The notes below the pieces were generated by a model, which worked only from the letters and a program-made list of their open reading frames with translations, was not told the DNA's origin and searched no databases. Below, one piece after another: positions 14,324-27,289 of a stretch of DNA of 64,000 nucleotides. The DNA comes from the human T2T-CHM13v2.0 reference genome, Homo sapiens, in assembly GCF_009914755.1 (NCBI RefSeq), contig NC_060932.1. One strand, written 5' to 3'. Numbering within the stretch: position 1 is the stretch's first letter; the number at the start of each line of letters is the position of its first letter. The translations under genes and the position numbers were made by a program.

Positions 14324-14518
14324 CCCTCCCGGGGCGAGAGCGCGCGGCTCGCCGCCCGACGGCCACGCCCCTTCCCGGCCTCGCCCCGCCCCCGGAAGGC
14401 TGAGTGACGGCGCCTGGGACCCAATCGCAAGGGCCCTTACGAGGCGGCGGTACCCTGCCGCGCTCCCCGCCCCTGCTCACTTAGGGCTGTTCGGGCGCTA
14501 CGCAGCTGCCTGTGAGCG

Positions 14519-14590
14519 CGAGCCTCTTTCGGCTTTCCAGTTTGTCTCGGTCCTTTGGAACGTGGCAAACGTGGAAGCCGAGAGGGCTCT
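14519..14590 (+). ncRNA. MIR4470: pre-miR-4470 hairpin; 3p mature TGGCAAACGTGGAAGCCGAGA at 14563-14583
   Basis: Arms gagcctctttcggctttcc and ggaagccgagagggctc pair. Sequence matches my recall of hsa-mir-4470. Confidence 0.85.
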
Positions 14591-15869
14591 CGCGAGCGTT
14601 GGCAGACCCCGCTCCATAGGGATGGGACAGGGCGCGGTGCGGAATAGGTGGACACGTGGGCCGCCCGTGGGCGGAGTGCGCCGCTTCTAGGCCTTTCACT
14701 GTGGATTTTGTCCCCTTTCCGTATACAAGGAAAGGAAGGAGTGCAGTCTCGCTTCTTGCGAAAGAGATCCCTATTTCTTGTCCTGATTAATACTAAGACA
14801 TTTCTGGAATGGTGATATTAGGACTAGTTCAATGCTTAAACCGTAGTAGTTCATCCATTTGGTGCTGAAGCAGGAATTTAGTTCGTTTGTGCCATCAGTA
14901 TTTTCAGATACTCTTAGTTAAGGAATGAAAATGCAAATGTGACACAAAAAGTTCATTTTCTTACCCTGGATGGCACCCTCTGTCTGAAATCCCTGGCTGC
15001 TTTGCTAACGCCTGGGCCTGTGCTGCCTGAGAATTCCCAACAGAGTATTAAAATGTCTTGGCACGTGGTTGAACCAGACAAGGACTTGAGATCAGCGACG
15101 TCTTTATCATCTTTGTGTCACCATTGCTAACACCATGCCCAATGTGTAATAGGCAAGCAAGAAATGCTTAGTGATTTGATACATTTCTGTCAATTGCTGA
15201 ACCCACAGCTCTTGATCATGTTTCGTAGCAACCCCTGGGAGTGTCTCAGGAGGGCTCAGGGACCAGAGAGAGCAGTTGCATTGTGGCATCTGGTTTCATT
15301 CCTCTTTTCCAGCCCCACAAACCCACCCACCCGCGCCTTCAGAAGCACTCCCGCCTCCCCCCGGCCCCATGCCTTTTCACCTGTGGATGGTTGGATGCTG
15401 CTTGACCCTGCCCTGATGATGCACAGAAACCCCCCAAAGGTCATGTTGCAGAATAAAGAGAATGCCTTTCTTTACCTTTTGTCAAATAGTGTTAGGCTAT
15501 TATCAAGAGACGGTGGGAGGGGAGAGTTCACAGAGTTTTTATTGAAGTAGCTCTCTCAGCTTTTATCTTGTGGCATCTCCTTCTGCATCCATATATCCTT
15601 TCTCCCATTCAGGGCCCCCTTACAACCCTCTATTATATTATCTCAATGAAGGAGGTGGAGAACTGGATTAAGAAATAAATCTGAGTGATGGTGCTTCATA
15701 TAAAATAAAAATGAGAGCTAAATTTCAAAACACAATGCTCTAGCCACCCCCCACCCCCCACACCAAAGATATTTTTACCCTTAAATTCTCACAAAACCCT
15801 GTAGTCATATCAATTTTTTAAAGAAATTAGATACTGGAAGCTCAGAGAGATAAAACAAAGTAGGGTCAC

Positions 15870-16225
15870 TGTATTAGTCCGTTTTCACACTGCAGATAAA
15901 GACATATCCCAGACTGGAAAGAAAAAGGGGTTTAATTGGAGTTACAGTTCCACATGGCTGGGGAGGCCTCAGAATCATGGCAGGAGGTGAAAGGCACTTC
16001 TTACATGGAGGTGGCAAGAGAAAATGAGGAAGAAGTAAAAGCAGAAACCCCCAATAAACCCATTAGGTTTCATGAGAATTAATTCACTATCACGAGAATA
16101 GCACAGGAAAGACCGGCCCCCATGATTCAATTACCTCCCTCTGGGTTCTTCCCAAAACACATGGGAATTCTGAGAGATACAATTTGATGTTGAGATTTGA
16201 ATGGGATCACAGCCAAACTATATCA
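15870..16225 (-). mobile_element. THE1 (A/B-type MaLR) LTR, the 3' LTR of the element
   Basis: tgtattagtccgttttcacactgc...cagccaaactatatca is the reverse complement of a THE1 LTR. Confidence 0.9.
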
Positions 16226-17084
16226 TTCTGCCCCAGTCCCTCCAAATTTCATGCCCTCACATTTCAGAACCAATCATGTTTTCCCAACAGTCCCCCAAAG
16301 CCTTAACTCATTTCAGCATTAACCCAAAAGTCCACAGTCCAAAGTCTCATCTGAGACAAGGCAAGTCCCTTCTACCTAAGAGCCTGTAAAATCAAAAGTA
16401 AGCTAGTTACTTCTTAGATACAATGAGGGTACAGGTATTGGGTAAATACAGCCATTTCAAATGGGAGAAATTGGCCAAAACAGCGGGGTTACAGGGCCCA
16501 TGCAAGTCTGAATTCGAGTGGGGCAGTCAAATTTTAAAGCTCCAGAATTATCTCCTTTGACTCCAGGTCTCATATCCAGGTCACTCTGATGCAAGAGGTG
16601 GGTTCCCATGGTTTTGGGCAGCTGCATCCCTGTGGCTTTGCAGGGTACAGCCTCCCTCCCAGCTGCTTTCACGGGCTGATATTGAGTGTCTGTGGCTTTT
16701 CCAGGTGCACAGTGCAAGCTGTCAGTGGATCTACCATTCTGGGGTCTAGAGGATGGTAGCAGTCTTCTCACAGCTCCACTAGGCAGTGACCCAGTATGGA
16801 CTCTGTGTGGGGGCTCTGACCCCACATTTCCCTTCTGCACTGCCCTAGCAGAGGTTCTCCATGAGGGCCCTGTCCCTGCAGCAAACTTTTGCCTGGGCAT
16901 CCAGGCGTTTCCATACATCTTCTGAAATCTAGGCGGAGGTTCCCAAACCTCAATTCTTGACTTCTGTGCACCTATAGGCTCAACACCACGTGGAAGCTGC
17001 CAAGGCTTGGAGCTTCCACCTTCTGAAGCCACAGTCTGAGCTGTACGTTGGAGCCTTTCAGCCACAGCTGGAGTGGCTGGGACA
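16226..17084 (-). mobile_element. THE1 internal sequence, truncated (no 5' LTR); element inserted in a MIR
   Basis: Typical THE1-int (aacccaaaagtccacagtccaaagtctcatctgagacaagg...). MIR resumes at 17085. GTCAC flanks both ends. Confidence 0.88.
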
Positions 17085-19026
17085 GTCACAAAGCTAGTAA
17101 GTGATAGAGGAGGGATGTGAACTTGGTTGGACTGGCTCCAGAGTCTATACTCCAAATTATTCCTCCTGGATAAGACATAGTTTTGAGTGGAGAAAGTCTC
17201 ACCTGGCTCCCTTTTCAGTTAATGGATGTCTCCAGGAAGCCTCCTTGGTCCTACCTTCAAAGATAGGTCTGAAACCCAGTGGTAAGTGCTTATCAAAGCC
17301 TATCTTTTTAAGGAAATCAAATTTGTTTTATAGCTAACTCCAAAATGCCATTAAGTGATGCTTTGCTCCTGCATTTCCAGAAACTAAATCTGGTACCCCT
17401 GACAAGGTACATTGCTGTGTATCTTGGGCAATATCAGGCCAAAATAGAGGTTTTAGTAAATATGAATCACAGAAAGAAAGAGGCTACCTAGCGCTTTCTT
17501 GTATCCTGAGGAAACAACTATGATAACATTTATGTGCTCAGTATTATCGAATAAAACTTAAATCAGATGCCATCAGTTCTAGACACAGTTTCATTTCAGG
17601 GACTGAATTCCCTCAAGCTAAGTAACAGAACTATACATTTTATATCTGTCTGTACTTCCCATATTATGGGCATCAAAAAACGCAAAGCTTACTTAGGATT
17701 CATATATTTCTTTACAAAGGACATTTTCTCAGCATGGTTGTGAAAAAGACAAAGTATCTTTTAGTATCTTTTAAATTAAAGGAGAAGTCAAATGTCCCTT
17801 GTTAGCTTTTCCTCTTTTCTGTAATTTTCAAGCAAACTATGAAGAACCCTGGGTGAAATAATGTTAAAAGGACCATAAAGACAAGACTTATCTAGGACAA
17901 TTTATTAAAATACTAATTTAATAGAGCTTTTGAACTAGGTCAAATGTGTCTTTCAGGTATTTCCATAAACCTTCCACTGCCTTCAGTGGGATTTGCAAGT
18001 GAGAACTGGAGGACACCATTTGCCCTACTTTTTTTTTTTTCCATTCTGATGACCCTTTACAACCTCCAGTCAAATTCCTTCCAAATTAATATTTCTGGAC
18101 TTACTTATACCTACTATAGCATCGTTTTAAAAATTCCACTTTAACCTGCTTCCTAGAAAATGCCTCTCATTTTTATGCAATCTTCCTACTGTGAAGTTTT
18201 ATTATTGCAAACTGGAACTGAGTATTTCCTCATCTTTATTTGCCATAGTAAGACCATAGTGGAAAACAATAAATTTCAACTGGTCATGATTCATTTATAT
18301 GTTTTTCATATTATATTAGTGAAATTTGTTGCAACGAAAGGATATTGGTAAGTATAGGAGGATTTTGAAGGCATTCCCTACTCAGTGTTTTCAAAGCAAT
18401 TATCCTCATATGAGTCATATCTCAACACGTAAATGAACTGTCATTTTCACCAAACAGCTTGACTTCAGATTATCTAGAAAAAATAAGCCTGACTAATATC
18501 TACGTCATAAATAAATAGAATAAATTTATATGAGCAGAAGTGATTTTAAATCCAGTCTAAAATGGATTTGAGTTAGTACTATTGTGTTACAATATGGTAA
18601 AATGATCTGAAGTCACATTAGTTAAGAAACCTATCATTTCCTTTTTCCTTTCAATTCTTTAAATTTCCTATCAAGATTGGTACTTCTTAGAGCCAAAGTT
18701 CCTTTCTATCAAATAACATCTAAGTAAGTGCTATTGCCAGTTCTTGAGTTTTCTAGCACAGGGAAATGATGGAATTAACTGACTCTTCTTAAGTCTCAAA
18801 CTTAATGCCAGAAAGAAACTTAAACATGGAGAAAAAGCCAAACATTAGAGAATAACAAGAAATTACAGTCATGGCAATTCCATAGTATATAAAGGACATA
18901 TTAATGTGATTTAGGAGTAGTTAGAAAGTAAGAGGAAAAAAGGAAAAAATGTGGAGAAATCTCAATAATTCAATTGTTTGCAAGATAATAATTTTACTTA
19001 AACTGTATTTGCTTCAAGGATCGTGT

Positions 19027-19037
19027 GAGAGAGAGAG

Positions 19038-19083
<46 letters not shown>

Positions 19084-19088
19084 TGTGT
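19027..19088 (+). repeat. Compound (GA)n(GT)n microsatellite
   Basis: Directly visible. Confidence 0.95.
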
Positions 19089-22000
19089 CTAAGTAAAGTA
19101 ATTATTTCTTTGTCTTTCATGAAAATAACCAGCCTCTTCCATTGGATACAAGTCCCTTATCTAAAGAAAAGTATCCTGAAACTAGCTTCTAGAATCCTCC
19201 AATGTCATCAAATCTAAATATATAAATCAGAAGGATTTGCCTTAAAATGAATAGTGTTATTACAATATGCAAAACTGGATCAATTAGTCAACCTAAATTC
19301 TTGACAGTTGATGGGAAATCACACATACACTACATAAAATTAGTACTAACACAGTCCTTTTTGCACTGTCATCATTCTGACTTGACTCTATTCTGCAATT
19401 TCATAACCACATGACAAATATTACCAGCTCATGCCAAAAAAAAAAAATCCTGAGAGACTTTGCCAAAGAGCTTGCAAGCATAAAAAATAGAGAGGATCTC
19501 CGTGTATCATTGCAACAATATTTTATTAACCTAAAGACCACTACTAATATATTTGAAATTCTACAGTATTTCTTTACTTTAAGAAGTACAATATCCATTA
19601 CTTTAAAAAATTATTTCACGACATATTGTGGCAAATAAACAAGTGGTCCAGAATATTTTGTCATTCTTGGTGAAACTGCTATAATACTGACTTCATCAAA
19701 TAACAAAGTCATTTCTCTTTTGGCAAATCCGTTTGAGTTAGAGACATGCACCAATATCCTAGATGTTTACTAAAGCTACTTCTCCTAGCCCCAGAAAGCA
19801 TATTGATCAAGTAAAATTTAGTGGAAGTTGTTTCTAAGCAGCTGTCTCACAAATTATACAAAATTCTGTTTTTTCTACTTTTTAAGCTACACGTATTGCA
19901 CTTCGTTTTTCTGACTGCAATACAAAAGAAGAATTGAGTAATGCAGCTACCAAAAGGTATGCATATAAAAGCAATTGTCTAAAAACCTAAGTATAGAAGG
20001 TTTGGCTGATTAGACGTATCCCAAGAGATTGATTTTTTAATATTCTCTTTTCCAAATTTGAGAAAATAGAAATAAAATATGAACACCTCAATATAGCACT
20101 TGGGCTTATGTGAAAATAAACTAAGTTACAAATAATATTAAGGAAACTATGTTCAGGCTACAGACCATAAGAACTGTTGACATTCTCAACTCCATATCCC
20201 TGGTGAGCAGGACAGTGTCTAGAGTGGAGTAATTATGTAAACATTTTCACCTCGGACTCTTTGAGCTTGTTATTCCTCAGCCCAGGGTGTGCTTTCTCGC
20301 AGAGGGCCACCAGACTCTTTACTCGTCACCCTCTTAGTTTAGCCCTTCAGCCCTGCAGTGCCTCTCCAGCTGCAGAAGTTTTGGTGAGAACTGTATGTGT
20401 TGGTATGAAATGGTTAGCCATTAAAACACTGGGCAGCTGCAGGTGAGAGCTTATGTTTGACAGTAACAAGGAAGAAGACATATAAAGTCAATGTCTTGTT
20501 AACAGAAGGGTAACAAGTAGTACTTTTTTACAAGTAGTACTCGACCGAAAAGGATTATTTTCTTAAAAATAGGTAGAGATAGCCCATTTATCATTTATCC
20601 CATCATACAAATGCAGGCAGCCGTGAATAGCTGAAGTAAGAAATCAAAAAGCAAGCATAGGAAGAAAATGAACATTGTATGGATCTGTGCAGTAATCACT
20701 TAGGGAATATGGTAGCTTGACGTAGATAAAGAACTACATTTAAGGAATACCTACTTAAAATGTGAAACCTAACCAATGTTAAACAGATAGGCTGCCAACT
20801 CTCTGCAATTATGATAGCTTCACAAAATCGATGTGACTTCAAATCAGAACAGCATAAGACAGAGAAGATCATCTATGAATGACATAAAACTAGGAGGGGA
20901 GACAGCAGAAAAAAAAAGATGTGTTCCATTAGCTAAGTTTGACTGGGTCTTTTTGTTGTTTTCTATTTCCAAGTTAGGAGAGGTTGGATCTAATGCCAGA
21001 ATTATGGTCAATCTTATTTGTAGTTGGTTGGACATGTGTGCATGAACACTAAGAACTTGGTAAATTTCACATAAGTTGTTGTACACTGTCAGTTTATATT
21101 TCATCTAATCCTTAAAAAAAGGAAGTTAAGTCTTGAGTTAAAAGGATCATTTCAAGTATTAAAGATCTCCAAGTGGACTCATTAGGCTCAAATTCAGGTC
21201 TGCTCAAATTCAAGGTTAGACTCAAATTAGACTCAAATTCAAGGTTCTGCTTACTGAGAAAGAGCAGACATTAAAAACAGCAAATCTCACTGAATGATGC
21301 TTATTCAAGTCTAATTCCTGCTTGCGCATGCAGGCTGACTCATAACACAGGCGGTCATAGGGGAGGAGCGGTCATCACTAAGCACTACTATGTGCTCCTC
21401 ATGCCTCATCAACCTTTGCCGCCAAGCACCAAGGAAAGGTGTGTGGGATGCCTCTGCCCCCTGCCCCTTCTGCTCTTTTCTAATGGCTTTTCTCCTTCAA
21501 ACTGCCTTTGATGGAAACCTCATTTGACACATGTTGGGCACAAAGAAAAGGAGAGAATTCAGAGTCACCTGTAGGTCTCTTACCCTCTGGCCATTTTTCT
21601 CTGACCTGTCATCAATGAAGGCCTGGGAGATACTGTGGACTCAGAATTAAAACATTTTCCTTGGTTGAGGCTAAAAGGTGGGTTAAAAGTCCTGTAATTC
21701 TTGAGAAGAATCCCCACCAATCAACAGAAAATCCTCCTTCCTCCTGTCCCCACTCTCAGGACTCCCAGGGAAAATGCAAGTTGTTGGGGTAGAAAGATGG
21801 CATGTTCAGCATGACTGGCAAAAATTTGGCCTGCCTCTGGCTCTGATCCTGCAGAATAACAATTCTGTAATAAGTAAGGCACCAAGCCAGAGATATTGGC
21901 CAAAGGAATTTACAACTGGGAGTAGGGGGTGGGGTGACATTACCAATAGGCAACAGTCCAAGGCCTGCAAAGGACGCTGTACTGACAGAATTCCATCTCT

Positions 22001-22127
22001 CTCTGACCCACTGTTTTCTGCAAGGCAAGCACAGCAACCATTTCAGAAGCCCTCACTCCAGACTGGGCATACCTCTTTTCAGTTATTCTAGCAGGAGTGG
22101 AGAAGAGGTTCTTGCAGTTGCTACCAT

Positions 22128-22625
22128 CTGCAGGTAGTAATCAGAATTTAAGATAGTTAAGGAGAGAATTGCTATATGGCAGTTGTACCTGACAGCAATA
22201 ACATAACTTAAGCATACCTTGAGAATAACCCTATGATCTAAAAAGAATGTGTGTTCAGAGTTCCAAACTAAGGAATCTGGGAGTGGCCAACCTGAAAATT
22301 CATTTCTTATCTATGAGCAAAATCTAAACCTCTAGCCCATTCTGTGGAAGGCAGGCTGTAGAGGGGATGGAGGCCCTTTGTTTTGGGTTAAATGAAGGTT
22401 GCCAAGTAGAGGTTGCTAGGGGGAGGGTACTAAGTGAAAATGCTATATAAACTACTTGCTTTTTTATAAGCAGTTGTTGTTCTCCTGCCCAGGGCACTGC
22501 CAGTGGACCCCTTGTATTAAGTCCTCTTAATAAACCCTATGTCTTGTTTGCCGGCTCCAGTTCCCTTCTTCGGCCTTTGAACCTGGTGCCTTCCCTACTG
22601 AAGTTAATAGGGGGCCAGCATGACA
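22128..22625 (+). mobile_element. Solo ERV LTR (probably ERVL class; family uncertain)
   Basis: TATA-like gctatataaa ~22442, AATAAA ~22529, ends ...catgaCA. Resembles primate LTR consensus (ctaaggaatctgggagtggccaacc). 5' boundary approximate. Confidence 0.65.
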
Positions 22626-24484
22626 ACCTCATGTTACTCCTTCTGTTCCCCTCCCAGCCTTACAGGGCCTACCACATTGTCAGCTGGTCCTTGGGCCAGT
22701 GGTGGGTAATGTAACGATCCTTTGTGATACCTTCTCTGCAATATTCCCTGCACCGAAAAGATTACCAGTCTCCAAAGCCGTGATTCTGTGGTTGCTCTGA
22801 ACACTCTCCAACTGTTTTCTGAATGGCCAAAAGCTGGAACAATAACCAAAAGATGGAAGTGCCATTTCCCCAACTTATGAGGTAATAGTCTCATGGCAGT
22901 GACTGATAGCTGGCTTCCCCGCACTGTCCCTGACTCTTCCTAGGCTTTCTTCCACATTTTCTTACTTCCTTATTGCCAACTCATCCCCCTCAGAAGTCCA
23001 AATGTAATTAGAACTGTCAAGAAGGATTCCAGAGTTCCTCGCTTTATCCTGTGCATCTTCGGGGCCACTGCCACTGTCAATACGTTCCTTCTAAAGGGAC
23101 AGGGGGCAGAGCTGCAGGGACATGGCACTTTCACTCCAACTCAACCTCTGTCACCCCGATGAGCTCTCCCCATGCTCGGGAATCTTGGGGTCCAAGGCCT
23201 CTCTCTTCTCCATCTCCTTGTTCCAGTTTATAAATTAGATTTGCTCCCAATTTCTTAATTCATGAAGTTTCCTCTGCCTAACCATTTTCAAGGAAACTGA
23301 ATATTTGTGTTTATCTGTAATCGTGTAGCATTACCAGCTCTATTCAAATTTTAGTGCACAACGAATTTTCTGCTTGTAAAAATGACTCATTTTCTCTATA
23401 TTTTACTTCTGAGATGGTATAATTAAAGCAGTGCTAATTGATCCAATTAAATGCTGTGTCCCCAGTATAAACTAGGCAGGCAATGTGCAAGACTCTTTCA
23501 TATTCTATGTTACACATTGTTATAACTATTCCCTGATTGGGGTTAGAAAGTCATGGCTTCTGAATATCAGAAAGAGAGAGAGAGAGAGAGAAATAGCATT
23601 TAACTAACAGTGCCAGAAATCTGATTCTGCCTCTAACTAGCTGTACTGTGGAACCCCAAGAAACTCACTTGGCTTCTACTGTATCACTTGTCTCATATGC
23701 TAATAGTGGCTTGTCATCACGGATTCCTATGTCTTTAATAATCTAATGAAAGCTATGGACCATCATGAGAAATATTATCATAGCCATAAAGTTTCCTAGA
23801 CAATTTTAGAGAATCATGTGCCCAAGGTTAAGAATATCCACACTAGAAGATAAGGTTTATTCTCCCCCCTCACGTTCCATGATATTAAGCCTTGGTAACT
23901 GCTATTGGAAATGGTCTTTTGCATTTTCTTAGTCTATTCATAAGGCTAGTGGCTGAGGGTGGCAAATGAGTTGTCTTGTATCCAAGGACACTTTGAATGC
24001 TATCAACTACAGTGTGAAGAGAATGCTCAAGATCTCTACATAAAATATAAATGTGGTTATAACAATGATTCTATTACTGATGCGGTGGATTTACTCAGTC
24101 TGACTGCCTTTCACACAATATGAAACTTTCCTGGAGACTGCACTGTGATAATTAATAAGAAAAGTTCCTTGGAAACTATAACGTGCTTTACAAAATGTAA
24201 CCAATTGTTTACTTCTTAATTTTATGACCTAAATTAATACTATAAAGACATTAAATTTTTCTATAGCAATATCACTACATACTTAATTTTAACCAAGTTC
24301 AATAACTATCCTGCTAGATCTAGGGGAAAACAATCAGCTAGAGTCACGAGAAGTTTTTGAAGAAACATAAAAATTTAACAGTATGCCTTCTCTGATATTT
24401 CCTTCTCCTTTACTGTAAACTTCCCTTCTTTCCTTAAACATTTCTTGACCCTTGACATATCAGACAGTACCCTGTGAACTATAG

Positions 24485-24811
24485 CAGCATTCCCCAACCT
24501 TTTTGGCACCAGGGACGAGTTTTGTGGAATGGGGTGGGTGTGTGAGGGGATTGTTTCAGGATGAAACTGTTCCACCTCAGATCATCAGGCATTAAATTCT
24601 CATAAGGAACACGCAACCTAGATCCCTCTCATGTGCAGTTAACAATAGGGTTTGTGCTCCTGTGAGAATCTAATGCCTGTGCTGATCTGACAGGAGATGG
24701 CGCTCAGGCGGTAATGCTAGTTCGCTCACAGCTTACCTCCTGCTGTGCAGCCAGTCCCTAACAGATCACAGACCAGTACCTGTCTGCAGCCCCAGGAGTT
24801 GGGGACCCCAG
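24485..24811. mobile_element. MER1B-like hAT-Charlie DNA transposon
   Basis: TIRs cagcattccccaac / gttggggaccccag. 8-bp TSD aactatag / agctatag. Confidence 0.85.
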
Positions 24812-25409
24812 AGCTATAGTACAGGGCAGGTACCATGTAATTCCATGGTACATGAGTTAGGCTATATAATTGCTGTCAAAAAGATCTAACACTGAAAATT
24901 TCATCTAGTTCAACCTGTGAATGTACTGTATAGTCCCTTCTACAAACATTGCTTGAGTGTTAGCTTCCTGCCAGGTACTATAACAAATGCATGTGAACTT
25001 TGTTTTCAAGTGTTTGTGTTGTTTTGAAAGGAGACTAGCATGCAAACTAATGATCTCAATACACAGTGCTACCTTCTGCCTCTGCCTGCAAAGGTGGCAT
25101 AGACGAGGGAGCAAGGACTACAGGAGGAGTAAGCCACAGTGGCTCCATGAATACCATATAAAAGTCCTAGGATTCCAGTGTTGTAAATGAGTCTTCAAGA
25201 CCATGTTGTTAAACATTTTCATTTTACAAATGAAAAAATTGAATCCCAAAGAGCGACAGTGACTTACAAAAGGTTGCAAAGTCAGTTAACACAGAACTAG
25301 AACTCAAGTCACCTTACAGTGTGCATTTTCTGCAACGGAGATATTACCCCATTAAGGTAAAAATTGGTTCTCGTGGGAAAAATATTAAAGTTTACAATGG
25401 CCACCACCT

Positions 25410-26085
25410 ATCTCAGTCTGTTTATTCTGCTATAACAAAATGCCACAAACTGGGTAATTTATAAATAATAGTGATTTATTGCTCACAGTTCCTGAAGCTG
25501 GGAATTCCAAGATCAAGGAGCCAGCAGGTTAGGTGTCTAGTGAGGGCTGCTCTCTGCTTCCAAGATGGTGCCTTGTTGCTGCATCCTCCAGAGGGGAAGA
25601 ACCAAAGACAGTGAACCAATTCTCTCAAGCCCTTTTTTGAGGACCTGAATCCCATCCATGAGGGCTCCACCCATGTAACTCAATTCGTTCTTAAAGGTCC
25701 CAATTTTTTTTTTTTTTTTTTTTTTTTGAGATGGAGTCTCGCTCTGTCACCCAGGCTGGAGCGCAGTGGCGTGATCTCAGCTCACTGCAACCTCTGGCTC
25801 CTAGTTCAACTGATTCTCCTGCCTCAGCCTCCTAAGTAGCTGGGATTACAGGCGCACTCCACCACACCCAGTTAATTTTTGTATTTTTAGTAGAGACAGG
25901 GTTTCACCGTGTTGGCCAGGATGGTATCGATCTCTTGACCTCATGATCCGCCCACCTCGGCCTCCCAAAGTGCTGGGATTACAGGAGTGAGCCACTGTGC
26001 CCGGCCACCAAGTCTTAATACTATCATGTTGACAATTCTGTTTCAACATGATTTTTGGAGAGGACAAAAATATTCAAACCATAGC
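25410..26085 (-). mobile_element. MaLR solo LTR (MST/MLT1A-type) interrupted by an Alu
   Basis: ctgctataacaaaatgccacaaactgggtaatttata...ttcaaaccatagca. Confidence 0.75.
25704..26006 (-). mobile_element. AluS (AluSc-like)
   Basis: Alu dimer with T-tail. ccaggatggtatcgatctcttgacc. Confidence 0.88.
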
Positions 26086-26419
26086 ACCTCCAAAGAACCA
26101 TAGCACATAAACAGATACGTAGTATATCTATAGTATTACATTTTCATGGGATGAAGGACAATTATGAAAAAATAAACATCTAAAAGGCTTCTTGTGGGGA
26201 TGAGTAGGGCACTAATTTTAGAAAAGCTTGAGAAACTCATAGCCAGGCCACTGTTCCTTCTATAGTGACACTTCCTCTTTACTCCATGGTCCTGAATATT
26301 ATTTTATTTATTGTTTAGCTTTCTCTTCTCTCCTCTTCATATTTTCTCCTTTTCTTTTTCTATAATCAGTTCTTCCTTCCATTCAACCATTATAGTTTTA
26401 TGAGGGCTAATTTGTTTTT

Positions 26420-27126
26420 TTGATTTTTGATTTGTGTAAATGTCAGGGGTACAAGTACAGTCTTGTTATATGGATACATTACGTATTGTTTAAGTCTGAG
26501 CCTTTAGAGTATCCATCACTTGAATAATGTACATTGAACCCATTAGGTAATTTCTCAACCCGAAGAACCCTTCCACCTTCCCAAGTTTCCAGTGTCTATC
26601 ATTCCACACTGTATGTCCATGTGTATACATTATTTAGCTCCCACTTATAAGTGAGAACATGTGGGATTTGACTTTCTGTTTCTGAGTTGTTCCACTTAAA
26701 ACAGTGGCCTCCAGTTCCATTCATGTCATTGCAAAAGACATGATTTCATTCTTTTTGATGGCCGAATAGTATTCCATTGTGTATATATGCCACATTTTCT
26801 TTATCCAGTCATCCATTGATGAACACTTAGGTTGACTGAATATCTTTGCTATTGTGAGTAGTGCTGTGATAAACATAAGAGTGCAGGTGTCTTTTTGAAA
26901 TAATGATTTCTCTTCCTTTGTTTAGATACCCCCTGAGTGAGATTGCTGAATTGCATAATAGTTCTATGTTTAGTTCTTTGAGAAATCTCTATACTATTTT
27001 CCATAAGGGTTGTAATAATTTACATTTTCACCAACTGTGAGAGTAATAATTTACATCCTCACCAACATCTGTTATTTTCTGACTTTTTAATAATAGCCAT
27101 TCTGACTGGTATGAGATGATATTACA
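26420..27126 (-). mobile_element. 5'-truncated L1 (L1MA/L1PB-age) 3' end
   Basis: ttagctcccacttataagtgagaacat...tagtattccattgtgtatat. Perfect 17-bp TSD agggctaatttgttttt at 26403-26419 and 27127-27143. Confidence 0.88.
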
Positions 27127-27289
27127 AGGGCTAATTTGTTTTTAGTGGATTACTTATGTTCAGGCACTATACTTTCTAATATGGGTGACTGTGAAACAGG
27201 AAATATAATCTCCCAAGTTTATTTTTTTGTCTAAAAAACGAAATTCTTATTTAAAAATCAAATGCATAAAGGCAGTTTTACTTATATAT

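Larger units (their letters stand above)
13720..14700. promoter_or_regulatory. ASPH: CpG island / ASPH P1 promoter (likely bidirectional)
   Basis: Very high GC and CpG density. KLF/SP ccacgccc 14363-14370, GC boxes 14383-14392 and 14465-14473, ETS ccggaag ~14392, CCAAT 14421-14425, TCTCGCGAG 14588-14596, E-box CACGTG 14653-14658. Confidence 0.9.

Noticed and set aside
13678-14699. Numerous overlapping ORFs in the CpG island, including a poly-Ala frame and antisense 122-aa ORFs
   Set aside because: Expected from GC richness. Only 14102-14000 matches a known protein and ends at a splice donor.
16457-17155. 232-aa ORF, the longest in the window
   Set aside because: Remnant of the THE1/MaLR internal ORF. 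It starts at a TTG in flanking MIR sequence and lacks the 5' LTR promoter.
21182-21250. Repeated ctcaaatt(c)a(a)gg units
   Set aside because: Short slippage mosaic within a decayed MIR, with no sign of function.
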